A DNA stretch of 57,052 nt, the filler included, from Catajapyx aquilonaris (Eukaryota), in assembly GCA_000934665.2 (NCBI GenBank). It is 3 parts of 3 records of this genome, joined end to end, with 100 filler letters (N's around TTAATTAATTAA, not from the genome) between each part and the next. Parts side by side here need not be neighbours in the genome. Positions count along the whole stretch, not along the records: positions 1 to 18,889 come from KZ539560.1; positions 18,990 to 37,895 come from JYFJ02006582.1; 1 more part is not named here. The stretch is one strand, 5' to 3'. Shown here piece after piece: positions 14,872 through 28,844 of the stretch; position 1 is the first letter of the stretch, and every line of letters begins with the position of its first letter. The position numbers and the translations under genes are program-made. The notes beneath the pieces are model-generated. The model searched no databases and was not told where the DNA came from. It was given only the letters and a program-made list of their open reading frames with translations.

Positions 14872-17800
14872 TTAGAAGAGGTTAGATGTGCAACAGCCAG
14901 CGAGTTTACCCTACACATGGGAGTGCGGGTGGTGCAATTTCAAGGATACGCCAAAGAATATCGAATCCGACAGCATCAATTTTTGCAAGAGGGTTCGCCG
15001 GCCAAAATTAATATATACCTGTATACCGTAATTCAAATCATGCAATTATTTTGCAGAATATTTTGAGAATAGGTTTGTTTAATCTCAGTTATTAACAGAA
15101 TTTGATGCAGCAACCAGGACTTTGGGGTGCAAAATAACGTTTCAACTACACAAATGTTAAAATACATAGCCCTATCAAGCCAAACTATTATTCTAAAATT
15201 TACTATTAAAAATTGAAACACATTTATTAATGCAATATTTGCATGGAAGTCGTGAAAATAACGCAAATATAACCAAAACCTGCACAAAATATTTGTGTTC
15301 AAGCAGGAATAACTGTATAAATAGTCATGAAAATCCCATCGAAAGAAAAAGTTATTTTTATACAGTGAACCATACGAAGATAAGGAACAAAGTAATATCT
15401 GCTTCTCTTTCACATAGGCCTATATTATGCTGAAAATACAGTTCATGCCATACTATACAGTATAAATACTTACATGTGCGAAGCTAAACTTCGAACATGA
15501 ACGCACAAGGCCTTCCAATTTTCTTCTAAATTTAGTTAAATTTCCGCACATACTGTTGATCATGCAGGATATAGTTTGTAAACCAACTATCTTCATCTCA
15601 TATGTTGTTCCACAAAAGCAAAGTGCAACATAATCAAACTTTCCTCATTTATTTCCCCCCAAAAACTTTGTACCACTTCCACACATGATAATTCCCACTC
15701 AACACGATCCAGCTCGATTATACGTATACCAACCAAGTATATCCGAAAGCTCGCATGTTTAGTACCCTCCGACTTAATTACGAAGAAACAATACACCAAG
15801 CTGCGTGCTGCGTAAGGCCCCCGGAGGCCTCAAAACTGCTGGGCAGCAAGGAAGTGAGTGGTGTTTTAGTAGCGGTTGAGTCGCATGACACGGCAACCCC
15901 CAGTGCAAAGGACGACCCTTGCTAAGGAGGCCTTGCCTTCTCACATCATCATCCTCCTGTGGACACAAAGAAAGCAGATAGAGCGGCGTCATAAACACGT
16001 TTTCCTCTGAGGAGACTTCTCCGTTTCAAAGCTTTCCCTTCCGCGCACAAAGTGTCTCTCTGGCCAAAAACCCGCGGCCATCTTATCTGGGCTTATTCTG
16101 CACGTGATGCAGCTGCCAAGCTCCTGGCTCTTATTCCCCGACAGCTCTTGGAAAAGATGGTTTCTCCATGGGAAAGGCGGAATAGTTTGCCAGGCATCAG
16201 GCCTCCGTGGCAACTCTGACCATCGTGCTGGAATTAATGGGGCTAGATCATAGACAAGTCGGAGGCTGTCCCTGGGTACAATGCTGGGTAATTACAGAAC
16301 TTTTTGTAGGTGGCACTGTTTTTTTGTGTGTGTGTGCGGATCTTAGAAGATTTCTTAAGGCACGTTTCTTGTCGCGCACCTCAAAATAGTTGAACTGCTG
16401 AAATATTAATCACGGCCTATTGTGCGCGGGATCCTGAAGTTGGAATGACAGCTTTCCAGAAGGCTTTCGGCCTTTGCCAAGCTTCAAGAGAAGGAAAGTG
16501 CTGGAACTTGCTCCATAAAACGCAGCCTGCATTTTTAATGTGCGAGGATAAAGGCAAATGCACACAATTGCAAGGGAGCCCAGTCTGGCGGATGTAATTA
16601 CGGCCAAGATGAAGGAAAGTTTTCCACATCCAAATGCCTCTGGTTGTGTTTTCAAAGACGTAGCTTCCTTCTCATGTTTGCCTAATATCTGCCGGTGTGA
16701 TGGCGTCCGGAGGGATGGAAATTCCGCTCCAAGAGACGGCCGAGCTGCAGCAAGCAAGGAAGGTTCTGCTTAGGGGCCCCCGAGCACTTCTTCTTCTTCT
16801 CTATCTTCTCTCTCTCTCTTCTTCTTCCTCCTTCTCTCTCTTATGCTCCGATGCCACGTTGTGCCCCTGGGCGGCCTCGGCTAATTGGGGAGGGCGACAC
16901 GTCGGCGCTCGGGGATTCCCCCAGGGCCTCCTCGCCTCATTGGTCCTTTTCTCCTCCTCTTGCCTCCTGTACCCTCAACCATTGCCGCCATTTTCTGCCC
17001 CAGACTTGCATCCGAGTCTCCACGGACCACGCACTTTGCCGCTCCATCGACCAAGTCTAACACCCCCTGGTATTCAACTAGATCAATCACCATTTTTTAC
17101 TTTCGGAAAAAGCGGTGAAAAATGATGGTAAAATCCGCAAATAGACTTCTGGTTGAATTACTGGGGGATGTAATTCTTTTTTTATGTCTGTGCTAACAGG
17201 TGTTCTCTCACTTGGTGCTGTGTCGAATCCTCTGACCGGATTTTTTCCGCCACAGGCAGCACTGACTGCTGCAATTAGCACTGCAGCAGGCCAAGGGGAT
17301 TGCGTGCCGCTGGGTCTTTAATAATTCAACCGATTGGATTTTGGAGCAATGGATTCGCAGCTTGTTTGACCTCCCCCGCTTTCCATTTTTCAAAAGGGGA
17401 CATAATTCTCCAATTCCGATCCGACACGATGCTCTCTATTGGCCACTTGGTCGGTATTAAAAGATTTGTGACGGACAGGGAAAACAATGATTGAGCTCAC
17501 TTTTGTTGGGATTCTTTATAACGGAGTACAAATAGGTGTTGTATTAAATATTGCAGTAATAAGTAAAAGTATAATAAAGTGGCAGATTGATGTACAGTAG
17601 GTTCCTGACCACGGCGTAGAAAATTGCAGTTATACCTTATCAGTTCAGAAATGTCAAACGTATACAGCTAAATTATGATACAGTCGCTTCTGAAGCTGAA
17701 ATTCTCAATTATTATAGATCAATTTTGAGAAATGAAACTGTCAACATCATTGAACGATATGAAAGCACTTGTGGTCCTCCGTGGAGGTTCATCTCGCGTA

Positions 17801-18889
17801 TACTCCGCAGTGTCAAAATGGTAATAAGTAACCCACAAGGCACTTTTCACCACTATAACGTCTCCTATATAAACCTACAAGTAAAAGGAATAACGGATGG
17901 TGACATTTAAAAATTGCTAATACTTTTCCCTCTAAATATGTAACATAAATCAGTGAGGAAAGCAATGGACCTATCTGTTTTCTGACTATAAGCATATTCG
18001 GTCAGTAGTATCCTGCCCTCAGCACTTGAGAAGTGAAATATTAACTGGAAAAATTATTTCGTCTTGCTCAAGTGCTGATGGTTGTGTTGCATGAGGATAT
18101 GTTCGCAATAAAATTGTTTGGCATATACGGTACTATACAATGAGCGTATAAGTCAGAACCACAGTCAGTTTTCAAAGGGAAACGCGTAAGCATCTAACGA
18201 GGTGTCTCAAAGGGTTAATATACTAATAGGTCATTTTCTCTCATTTCAGATACTACCATTCAGCTAATGGACACTAGGATGGGACTGAACCTGAACAAAA
18301 AAAATCTTCCCATCGCAATATCGTGCCCTACGACTCTATACGAGAGCACCTCCGAAGGTGGACCCGAATGACGACACCCGATCCCCCAACTGATGCCTAA
18401 TAAAGCGAATTGCCATGTTGTTCACCATAGCAACCTCCCCACCTTGTGGCTTGTCGATTCCTATACCGGTGCAGCAGCGGAGAAGGATAGGCCCACGGAT
18501 AGGGTTTGGGTGGGATAGGAGATGGAGGAGGGGGATCCAGCAGAAGGCCTTCCCGAGCTAGACAAGGATAGGAAAAGACTAGTGAGAGGAATGTTGGGCG
18601 GGGGCCAATAGTGGGCAGCATGTTTAATTCATGCGGTGGTGGATGGGTGGGCAAAAAGGAGGGTACCTGGGAAAGTGGGAGGGAAATGGGGAGGGAGAAG
18701 GTATAGAGAGAGAGAGGTGGGGGTCTGGTGCAAAGCCTTTGGCCTTAATTCCAGATCTCTTTGTGCGCACCTCTTCCAGAAGAGCCGAAGCTTTGTGCGT
18801 TGCAGGCCCCAACTTGGAGGCTTTGAAAGCAAGTTGGCTGGATTCCCCCACCTCCCTATACTACTCTCCCTCCCACCCACCCCCACCCC

Positions 18890-18989
18890 NNNNNNNNNNN
18901 NNNNNNNNNNNNNNNNNNNNNNNNNNNNNNNNNTTAATTAATTAANNNNNNNNNNNNNNNNNNNNNNNNNNNNNNNNNNNNNNNNNNNN
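18890..18989. other. Artificial scaffold join (44 N + TTAATTAATTAA + 44 N)
   Basis: Exactly 100 bp, with a six-frame stop linker at 18934-18945. Identical structure at 37896-37995. Confidence 0.95.
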
Positions 18990-19070
18990 GGCCCCACGTT
19001 GAGCAGGTGTGTGTGTGTGTGTGAAGGGTTCCTTCAAGGCCAGGATAAAGTGGCCAAAACAATTTGAGCC
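18990..19070. mobile_element. Partial copy of the TA-flanked MITE family seen at 24177 and 28707
   Basis: GGCCCCACG...GAGCAGG(TG)nAAGGGTTCCTTCAAGGCCAGGATAAAGTGGCC matches the arms of those copies. Cut by the contig edge. Confidence 0.7.
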
Positions 19071-22000
19071 CCATAGTACATCCAATTAGATTACATCAAT
19101 TAAATATGACATCATGAATTAGCTTATTTGTGATAAAAGTTCTACTTTCTAATTTTTTGCACATCGGTATAATGACTTGTATATTGACACATTATAACCT
19201 GCCTGCATAGCAATTGTACAAATTGTTTCATGATTTCGACAAACCCATAGGGCGAACACCTATATGCGAGGATATGTAAGGGGTCATTTTGGTCTCCGCA
19301 GCCTAGTTTATCCTGGAAGGTTTGCATCACCACACACGGACTTTCCCTCACGCATCCCCTGATGGAGTTTCTTTGTGGCTGGCAGCATCAAATGCAACAA
19401 ATTTAAGATAGGCAACCTCTTCCTGTCGATCAGCGATGGTAATGATTTGACAGTCATGTCTGGCCCATCCACATGGAGCGTTTTATTTGGGCAGATGATG
19501 ACCTATACCGGTATTGAGTTGTGCTGACGGTGTCGATGAAGCAATATTAAATAAATTATTACAGCATTAGGGGAGAAAGGGGGTTTCTGGTGCCTACTAT
19601 CTCCATGGACGACAGAGTGATTCGAGACAACTGTACTTTGCGAGCACCATAAGTTTTGAGGAAGGCATGCTGTTAGATTATAGTTTCAGCAAGAATCCTT
19701 CCGCCAGTGTTTGCGGCATAGCGGTTCAGTGTTCTTACAAACTGCAACTTCCTCTACGGCAGACAGTGGTACTGTACGTTGCGGTACAATCAGCATAAAA
19801 GCTAGTGAGCGTCATTTGGAACAGTTTTTGTGAGGTTTAATTACTGTGATGATTATTCAATTTGGTGTGCAAACGTTACCATGCCGCGTCAATTAACACT
19901 GTTGGTCCCTCACCTATTGTACCAGTCCGCTATAAAAACGCATAGTATAAAACGTATCCTATGTGTGGTCGGACGCAAACCTTCCAGGATATGCTACAGC
20001 TTAATTCATTACAAGAGTCCATTTTTTAGGTAACAAGACTGCGATCAAATTACTTTGACATAAAGTGATTCGCTGATAAGCATAAGTACACCTAAAAGTT
20101 TATGAAACAGTCTGCACTACTTTCTCATCAGCTGACCTTTTGCACAGTTTAAAAATCTATAGACTAATCAGTTGTAAACAACCCACATCCTACATTATCC
20201 ATGACCAAGGCAGTGTTGACTCTCCTAATGGAAAAGTAAATACTCCACCGCTGCGCTGCTTCGGTTTTCTTGAAATCCAACTGGAACCGGAGTCGACTTG
20301 TTGTATTGTATTCTACGCAGATTTCACCTTTTCATAAAAACGAAACCGGAATTATTTTGCTCCTGATCATTTCTTCGTTTACAAAATGTAACAAACTCAT
20401 CCACGACTCTACAGTAACTAACGCCTGCTGCTGGGAAGTCTCTTGCTATTTGCGGGATGCTCCCTCAAATATTTCCAGGGCGTAGAGCTGAGATCAGGGT
20501 GTAAATGCGGCGGATGAAAAGCGGAAGAAAATCCAGCCAAGCGGAGGTGCCGGGTCCCGGGAGTACACCTCGGACCTAACACTTGGCTGCCCAGTGGTAT
20601 TATTACCACTGTGTGCCCCGAGGCCCCCTATATATAGTCCTTTCATTTTTAAGTTAATGCTTGTGTCAATGTAGAAAATATTTTTATAATATTGAAATAA
20701 TGTAAGTCCGACTTAGTTGTGACACCCTTAATAATTAGGAAGTGTTACAACTATTTTAAATGATCTACTGCGTACGTGTTTATAGCTTATTATGGAAACA
20801 TCGCAATAAATAGTTGTCGGCTCTTTTGTGACATATTTTATATACCGGTAGCCTATTTATTAAGACGCCACTGTTAGGAATAGGTCTACACTAAATATCC
20901 GGCATAGATACAGTAATATGCTCTAATTGAAGTCTCCGTAGCGGTTAGAGATTTTTGGCACGAAGTTACTTTTAGACACGATCAAAAATACCTTAACGGG
21001 GAGGTGACTTTGTGACATGCCTTTGTGACAAATCAATTTTTCAAATCTCGCGCCACTATTATTTTGAATTTTTTCTAGAGCCAGTAGATGGCTACGTAGG
21101 TTGTGCTTGGTAAGCTCCTACATCTCGTGCATTGTTGGCTGTCACATTCCAAGTTTGCAAACTGCGAGGATTGTTGGCACCTCTTCCGATTACTTTCCCT
21201 AACAGCGACCAGCATATATTGCGATGAGAGTAAAAGATGCAACCTATTTTGAAGACAGAGTCATTGGCTAAGAAATGATATAACATGATGCAAGACTGAA
21301 CTTGATTATTTTGTAGAAGATACGAGGGTGTTAGATTAATTTCGTACTTTTGCGGGGTGACTTTGTGATAGCATCAACTTGTCACAAAGTCAGTCCACGG
21401 ATATTATTTACTGTGGTGACATATGTCCCGGTCCTTTAGGGTATTGTACCTCTCAAAATTATAATATCCAAATGAAAATCCATAGAAATCAGCCGCCGAG
21501 GACTTTACGAAGTTAAGGACTTGAACTACTCGTAAAATACCCAAAACATGACAATGTTTTTCATAATATTACATGATAGATTATCAATTTTTATAAAATA
21601 ATATATCATTGTAAAGACGAAAATTTGTCTAAAATAAAGAATTTGCGGAGTTACGTCGTTGTATGTTTGGTTTCTCATGTTTAACCTTAAGGAAATGAAC
21701 ACTGTCACAAAGTGATCTCGCATTGCGGGGCGACTCTGTGACTAATGTAAGTGTGAATATTTTTTGTAACGAATAAAGCTATTGATATGATCTGCACAGA
21801 GATATGAGGGTACAAGCCTCAATAAGACATTCATTGGAAAAAACATTAAACTGTTTCTGCTGACAATACGAAAAACCTCTAAAACTGTCTGCGAATCTTG
21901 GATTGAATGATTACAGCATTTCCCTGAATTACTGTAAGTTATAATGAATATTCATGAGATTCAGTAATAATGGGAATGACAGCCATTTGTTGAATCTACA

Positions 22001-23251
22001 GTATATTTGCACTCAAATCCACCTGCAGTACCGTAGTGCAGCATTTGATAAAAACGATGCATCAATTCAACTTAATATTAGCAGGTAATATTTCTGAGAA
22101 CCTCTAAAAGTAACTGTAGTGACCACTTGAAAATACGCAGCGCAGTAAAAAAAATCGCTAATCATACAGATCCTTCAACTAATAAATTGGAGCACACTGC
22201 ATTGTTGCGTTTAATTCCGGCAAAACCTTTCATCATATCGAGAAGTGTATAAACGTAATCCAATATTTCAGTCTACTTAACTAGTCTGTATAAAGTAAAT
22301 TGAGCTCTATTGAAAAATGCTATTTCGGCAGCCTTATGGAGCAACTTACAGTACAACAACCTAAACTTGACGTCACTGTTTCCACTCCTTTCATCATATG
22401 CTATGTAGTTTTAGAATTAGGCCACCAATTTCAGAGCAAAAAGAAATATTTGCTTGCGCCTGTGCCGTAGTGATACGCGCAAAATTCGCAAAGTACAGAG
22501 TTCAAGTGTAATTAACAGCTATAATTATGCAATGAAGCAACGGCCGTTGCTTGTGCTTGATGGTTCTGCCTACATACATTTGACAAGTTTTAAAGTTTTA
22601 CCTGATACTGTTAGATCTCTGCTGGTGGTTCAAACAGAACAGATAAATTATTGAGAAGAAAGTAGTTCCCTGCATAGAGTGCACATATAGTATGATTGGC
22701 TCAAGGTTAGGCGATCATTTGATCAAAGGGAATATCAGACATGGCCTATAATCACCATTATTTTACTGTGTAAATATATTATTATGTGCTCTCTTCTATA
22801 ATGTGGATTCCCATTTGCGACATTGACTTTTGGGATGGACATACAGTAAGAAGTGTATAGGGCGTTTTGACCTATTTTAAATGTGACCTCGCTTTATTTG
22901 AACTACCATTCCCTGTTGCTCATGCGGACGCATCCTATAACTGCAAACATATTATGCAAAGACCTAATTATTAAGATGTATTATTTAATAATCATGCAAC
23001 AAGTTTTTGCAATATTGCAGGTTTTTAAGTTCATGGAGTTCCTGTGGCAGACCCCGTACACGTGCTATATTTTGGCTGCTCGACCTTTGGTATATCCTGT
23101 GAATGCTACTACCTGCGGCACATGCCTCACGTGCGGCAAGTGAGAAAATAATGTGCCGCAGTCTAGTTCGTATATCCTGTGAGTGCCACTACCAGAGGCT
23201 CATATGGCAGCACTCACAGGATACCCGAGAAACTAATTTTATCCATAATAT

Positions 23252-23282
<31 letters not shown>

Positions 23283-23356
23283 CCCCTTTACTATCCGCCA
23301 GGGTTTGAGGGGGAAGCCATCTTCGACCGTCTTACTCTAAAATTTTCCCAATAATA

Positions 23357-24037
23357 CTGACAAGGGGCCTTTCTCGGGTGATAATAATGGATCAAAATGA
23401 AACTTTATATGCTAATCAAGGATAATATATGATAAGCAAAAATGAAGTCATTTCGGGCTGAGGCCCATATTTGCAAAAGTTAGGATGTGTTCAAGTGTCA
23501 AAAATAGTACATTTTCAATCACAATGGGATTACCTTAGGCACCGCATATAATGACATTGAAGTATGTAATCAGTTTTATTGTACCAAATTCACACTATTT
23601 AACTGTCACACAATTTATTTACACATACACAGTTCACTTTTTAATGAACGGTTTATACAGAACGACCTAAATATATACTGCCGTATAAACACTATAGAAT
23701 CACCTAAGTGTCCTGGTGCATAAACACTGCATAAACCCTTCATTAAAAATTGACCTGTGTAGGTGTAAATAAATTGTACGCCAGTTAAATAATGTGAATT
23801 TGGTACAATAAAACAGATTACAAACTTCAATATCATTATTTGTGGTCGCTAACGTAATCCCATTGTGCATGGAAAAATGTATACCATTTTTGTCTCTTTA
23901 ACACGTCGTAACTTTTGCAAATATGGGTTTCAGCCCGAGATACTTCATTTTTGGTTATCATATACATATTGTTCTGGATTAGCATGCTCAGTTTCATCTA
24001 GATCTGTCATTATCACCCGCGATATGTTTCTTGTGAG
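23357..24037. mobile_element. Foldback MITE, about 680 bp, with long imperfect inverted arms
   Basis: Arms pair over more than 240 bp, e.g. CCCATATTTGCAAAAGTTA/TAACTTTTGCAAATATGGG, TTTATTGTACCAAATTCACA/TGTGAATTTGGTACAATAAA and CGGGTGATAAT/ATTATCACCCG. Confidence 0.85.
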
Positions 24038-24176
24038 TTTGACGAAAGTATATGATTGTATAGATAATACAGTAATTATTATTGCTGTTTCTCAAGAGTT
24101 AAGCCGAACGTATTCTAAATGTATTTTTTCATCAAAAAGGTTATGCCTATCATGCTTGTCATGTATGTACATTGTA

Positions 24177-24660
24177 CAATCTGTCTCAATAAGTTTCGGC
24201 CACTTTATCCTGGTCTTGAAGCAACCCTTCACACAAACACACACACACACAGCCTTGTCTTCACTAAGGCGTGGGGACGTGAAAATTCAACTTTTCGAAG
24301 CGAGTGTAAACTAACCTAACATAACCTAACCTAACCTAACCTACCCTACCCTAACCTACACTAACTAACCTAGACTGAGAAAAATTGACTTATGTGAAAC
24401 CCTACAACTGAAAATAGTGGGGACATGTCCCCACTAATTTACACATGTCCCCACTCTAATAGTACACAGTGTGTGTGAAACACTGTGGGGACCGAGAAAT
24501 GTCCCCACAATGCGGACTAGTCCCCACAGATTCAGTAGAAACGCAGACCTCCGTCCCCACACCTTATTGAAGACATGAACACACCTGCTCACCGTGGGGC
24601 CTGTGAGAAGGGTTGCTTCAAGACCAGGATAAAGTGCCTGAAACTTATTGAGACAGATTG
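24177..24660. mobile_element. TA-flanked (Tc1/mariner-type) MITE carrying a nested insertion
   Basis: TA|CAATCTGTCTCAATAAGTTTC...GAAACTTATTGAGACAGATTG|TA with roughly 55-bp arms. Uninterrupted sister copy at 28707-28844. Confidence 0.85.
24253..24578. mobile_element. Microsatellite-inserted element with (CCTAA)n tract, copy 1
   Basis: TIR GTCTTCACTAAGGCGTGGGGACG/CGTCCCCACACCTTATTGAAGAC, internal CTAAC repeats and a GTGGGGACATGTCCCCAC palindrome. Inserted in the (CA)n of the host MITE; homologous to 38309-38629. Confidence 0.85.
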
Positions 24661-27520
24661 TACTGAATATATGCACTATACCGACCCCTGCCATAAACAT
24701 ATCGTCCCATCATAATGGTCAGCCTCACTACTTCTGTGGACGGATATAGAGGACTGTGCGGTATGTTCACAGAACTCCAAAAATATCATGTCAAATGTGG
24801 TTGCAAGGCTGGTTTATACTTTTACCATGGGAAATTCTCACCGTACAGCAGGAAAGGTGATTTTTAAAGCACACTAAAAGGTACAGTATATGGACTGTGC
24901 AGTGAATCTCAGTCCCAAAAGCGTTACTTACTGTGATACAGTATATATTTTGCCATAAATCTGAGGACCAGGAAAGGGCTGGTTATAGTAACTTACTTGC
25001 TCCGGCGGAGATACCCTAAATTGGCTCACCCAAACGATTTGATGGCCATGTGGAGGAGAGGGCGGGGCAATAAACTAATAACGGTGAACAAAGCCATCAC
25101 TGCTTCCAACTATTTCATCTAAGGCTAATATTGTGGCAGTCCGCGTTTGTACCCGCAGGATGTGCAGTGCCCGTAATTGAAGGATTTAGAACCGCAGACT
25201 AATATATAAGTTCGTAAGTTCTATTAATAACCAGCAATAAAGCTATAAACATGATTATTAACTCCCTCAACAAAAAAGGTGTATAAACTACATATTTTAT
25301 TCAAATTTTGATGAATAATTTACTACGTCATATCACTCATATGATATACAGTATAGGTCACATGCCACAGTATCCAAAAAAATTATTCTGCCAAAATTGA
25401 TCCTTCTCCTACACCAGTTCTGAATTTCCAGAAGTACTGCAAGTCGGCGCACAACACTAGCAATTGAAGTGTATATAAATTGATGATGTATTTTCCTGAG
25501 TTCAAGTAGTTCATTTCCTTACCAACCAATTGCCTCCATTAGTTATTTGTCTCTTACAGTACAAATAATGTAACCTTCAAGTAGAATCGACAACTGGTCA
25601 ACGAATAGGTTTTTGCATCAAGCTGTCAGGGTGTCAGAGCAAAAACGTGAAAAGGTTGGTCATCTATACTGCAATGCCCTATCGAGAAGAAGAGGATCCA
25701 AATGATTGGGCATGACATAGGGGCTTCCATGGGGATTATCGGATGCTGGTGAGGGACGACAAGGTCGGCCTTCCAGAAAGACTACTTTATTTTGCGATGT
25801 TGCCAGATTGGATATCTTTGCAGTCATGTTTGAAAATGATTATAACTGATGGTATTGAGGAAAAACGCAATTTGTGGAGACTTGCAAAAATTTAATGTCT
25901 TTGAATTTTGGTTCAATATTATGTTTTTTGGAGAATGGAGAGGGGATATGGCAATTTTTTTGGCATAATATACAGTAGGTAATGTCTTTTTTACTTTTTG
26001 GTATTTTTAGTTGATGCTTTGGCATTTTTTTAGGTCAAACGTATCCAGCTGGAAATATACAACCAACAACACTCTACCAATGAAATCCCTATGAAAAAGA
26101 ACACTACACTACAGCATCAAGACAAAACTTTTTTGACATACAGTAACATGAATATGTCTTGGCAATCTCTGACGTGTTTGTTGATCCCTTTTTCAGATTC
26201 ATGCAAGATTAGCAAGAAGAAAGGGGGTCGCGGGTAATGGAACTTTCTACAATTCCACACAGCCGCGACAATATATTCAAAAATGGTTTAAAAGTGGCAG
26301 AATAAAATGAAAAGGAATGGTATACCCCTTGGCCAAAATAAAACAGAATGAAAAGGCATGGAAGAAGTCCCTAGTTTTCCCAAATAGGAGCCTGGGAATT
26401 TCTCTCCATCCCAAGGCCCATTCCGACGTGGTTCCTTCATCAACTCAATAAGCCTCCACGCGGGAGTTATGGAGATAAAGCCCTGGTTAGATGGAGGTCA
26501 TTCGTGGCCCCTTCCCTCTTTTCTCTCTTTGCTCTCTTCAACTTGAGGGACTATAAACCTTCTCCAAATATAACTCCAGAAGGCTTGGGCACAATGAGCC
26601 AACTTTGCTTTACTTCCAGTGCAAGCAGAGGAGGGAAAAAAAATATCGTTGCACAGTTTCGCTCTCCTTCCAGCAGGCAGTTTTTTTCGTGATCAAATTC
26701 GAAAGTGTACCAACATAAAATGTAGTGGAAAGTAGATCGATAAGTCTGCACTATACCTAATTTCACTTCCATTCCGATTGTGCCCTCGTGAGCAGTTCCA
26801 CGTTTCAAAGATAAACCTTGTCGTCAGGTTTTTCGCTTTATTTCACTGATATTTACCCAGTTTGACGTGACACGCGGCTACAAAGTATACCTGCGAAGTT
26901 TAACTAATGGCCTTTAACGTGCGGATCGAGGATCAAGTTTAACTTTATGTTGCCTTTATTTTACACAAATGATGTAAAAATAGATGTATGAATGGAGGCA
27001 TCCAAATATTAATTTTGTTGTGAACCGATATAATTTTTAGTGTGGGTGGTTGATAATAATACGAGTTTACACATATTCCTTTCAGTTAGATCAAAAAGTG
27101 TATCCCATTTGCTTGCGTATCTATTTTTGGAATGAATTTCTAAAGCTTTGGCAAACTGTAACGTCGGATTTTTTGGTGCTTGATTTTTGCTAAAAACCAC
27201 TGTGAAAGTATGCAAAAATGTTTCTACATTTAATTATTTTAGGATATTCCATTCGGTAGGTCTAACAAAGGCACGATAATAATAATAAATTTAGATTTAA
27301 GCACAGGCTTAAAGGATAATGGCTCATATTTAAAATAATATTCTAAAACCTTTGCATTATATTCTTAGACCCTAGACCACACAGCCAACATTCAATGAAC
27401 TGTACTTTACTAAAATTTAAAATAACACAAATCTTACTGTAATTGACTTCTACAGCAACAAATAAAATACATTTTTATGATTGTCGGATATCGATAGCAC
27501 AATAATTATATCTTGGTCTG

Positions 27521-27836
27521 ACCGAAACAGTGGTAGCGGAGGGGATATGGTATCCGACTGCTAATCGGGAGGTCCTGTCCTGGGTTCGAATCCCGGCGGC
27601 CGCCGACCCTGACCGTGGTTTTCTGTGGTTTCCCATGGTCTCACCAGGAAAATTCCAGGGTCGTGTCCGTAATTATAGGCCACAGCCGCTTCCTTCCGTC
27701 CCTATCCCATCCCCATATACGAGAAGTAAAAACGAAAGCAAGAGTTCCAGATTTTTAAAAAATATGGTGGTATCCCACCCCCCTAAGAGGGCCCATGGCC
27801 CTAACACGGGGTACAAATCATTATATATTATTATTA
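27521..27836 (+). mobile_element. tRNA-derived SINE
   Basis: A-box-like GGTAGCGGAGGGG, B box GGTTCGAATCCC, central GGCCACAGCCGCTTCCTTCC block, AT-rich tail. 14-bp TSD TATATCTTGGTCTG at 27507-27520 and 27837-27850. Confidence 0.92.
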
Positions 27837-28645
27837 TATATCTTGGTCTGCACGACTGAAATGGAACTCGAAGAAATGCTTGCAGTGCAGTACACCTTTA
27901 AACATACACATTTTATTTCCTCATGCAATGGTAATTGACTATGAAAACACATTATTAAAAGCTAAGCCTCGCTTATATTTTTCTATAAAGCCCAACAAGA
28001 TTATCGAACCCACTACTTTTCCCCCCTCAAATGCAGAAAACTCTCTCCTGAACCGCATTATGAAATTTGGAATTTAAAATAGCGGGAGAAGCCTCTTTTC
28101 TTCTTTTAATTCCCCCCTTCCCTCGTCCCCCAACTTTTTTTGGGTGGGGCTGAGGGGCGGGGAAGGTCTACTTTATTTTCGTGTCGCTCATCTGAATATG
28201 GACAGAAAAAAAGGGGACAGGAATATTCTCATCTGTGTGACGTCATGTTCCCCAGAGTTCACTCTGCACTCGATTATGGCTCCTGTTATTGATTCCTACA
28301 TAAAACTGGCTGGTAGAACTTCCAAACCTATATAAAGGTCCATTATGTTATAAGCCACAATACGTGACTTTTTTCATCTGTATCTAGGTATGCTACACGC
28401 TAATGACAAATTTAAGTGGGTTAGGCCTTAAACGACAAAGCGCATAAAATATTACTCGAGCATAGTTAGTGAATAGGTCTGTAGGATGCAGCAGGGGCGA
28501 TTATTCTGAGCTACATGTGGGCCGCCATATTTGTTCCAAATCAATGTCCCAGGCCTTTGTTTACTATTACTCGCGACACTACACTGGGACTACAATAAGC
28601 AATGCTGTAGTTGTAGACTAATGGAAATAATTCCTATTATGTACG

Positions 28646-28695
28646 TATAATCAGAGATTTTATCGATATGTCTATAGATAAAATCTCTGATTATA
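28646..28695. repeat. Perfect 19-bp inverted repeat
   Basis: TATAATCAGAGATTTTATC ... GATAAAATCTCTGATTATA with a 12-nt loop. Confidence 0.8.
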
Positions 28696-28706
28696 AAAAT
28701 ACGTAT

Positions 28707-28844
28707 TATCGTCTCAATTACTTTCGGGCACTTTATCCTGGTCTTGGAGCAACCCTTCACACACACACCTCCTCACCGTGGGGCCTGTGCGAAGGGTTGC
28801 TTCAAGACCAGGATAAAATGGCCGAAAGTAATTGAGACCGATAT
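28707..28844. mobile_element. MITE (uninterrupted sister of 24177-24660)
   Basis: GTCTCAATTACTTTCGGGCACTTTATCCTGGTCTTGGAGCAACCCTTC ... GAAGGGTTGCTTCAAGACCAGGATAAAATGGCCGAAAGTAATTGAGAC; central (CA)n is empty. Confidence 0.85.

Noticed and set aside
15798..15957. Acceptor-like site TTTCTTTGTGTCCACAG on the minus strand as the next mAChR exon
   Set aside because: Phase-2 joining hits a stop within five codons, and the other frame has no mAChR ICL3 similarity.
20700..21750. Recurrent GACTTTGTGAC/GTCACAAAGT motifs
   Set aside because: Probably a decayed DNA-transposon interior, but I could not define termini or a TSD.
27521..27600. tRNA gene calls for A/B-box sequences here and at 40990, 46350-46420 and 56840
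   Set aside because: The first three are heads of SINEs with bodies, tails and TSDs; the 56840 copy is a degenerate head only. No complete cloverleaf was seen in any.
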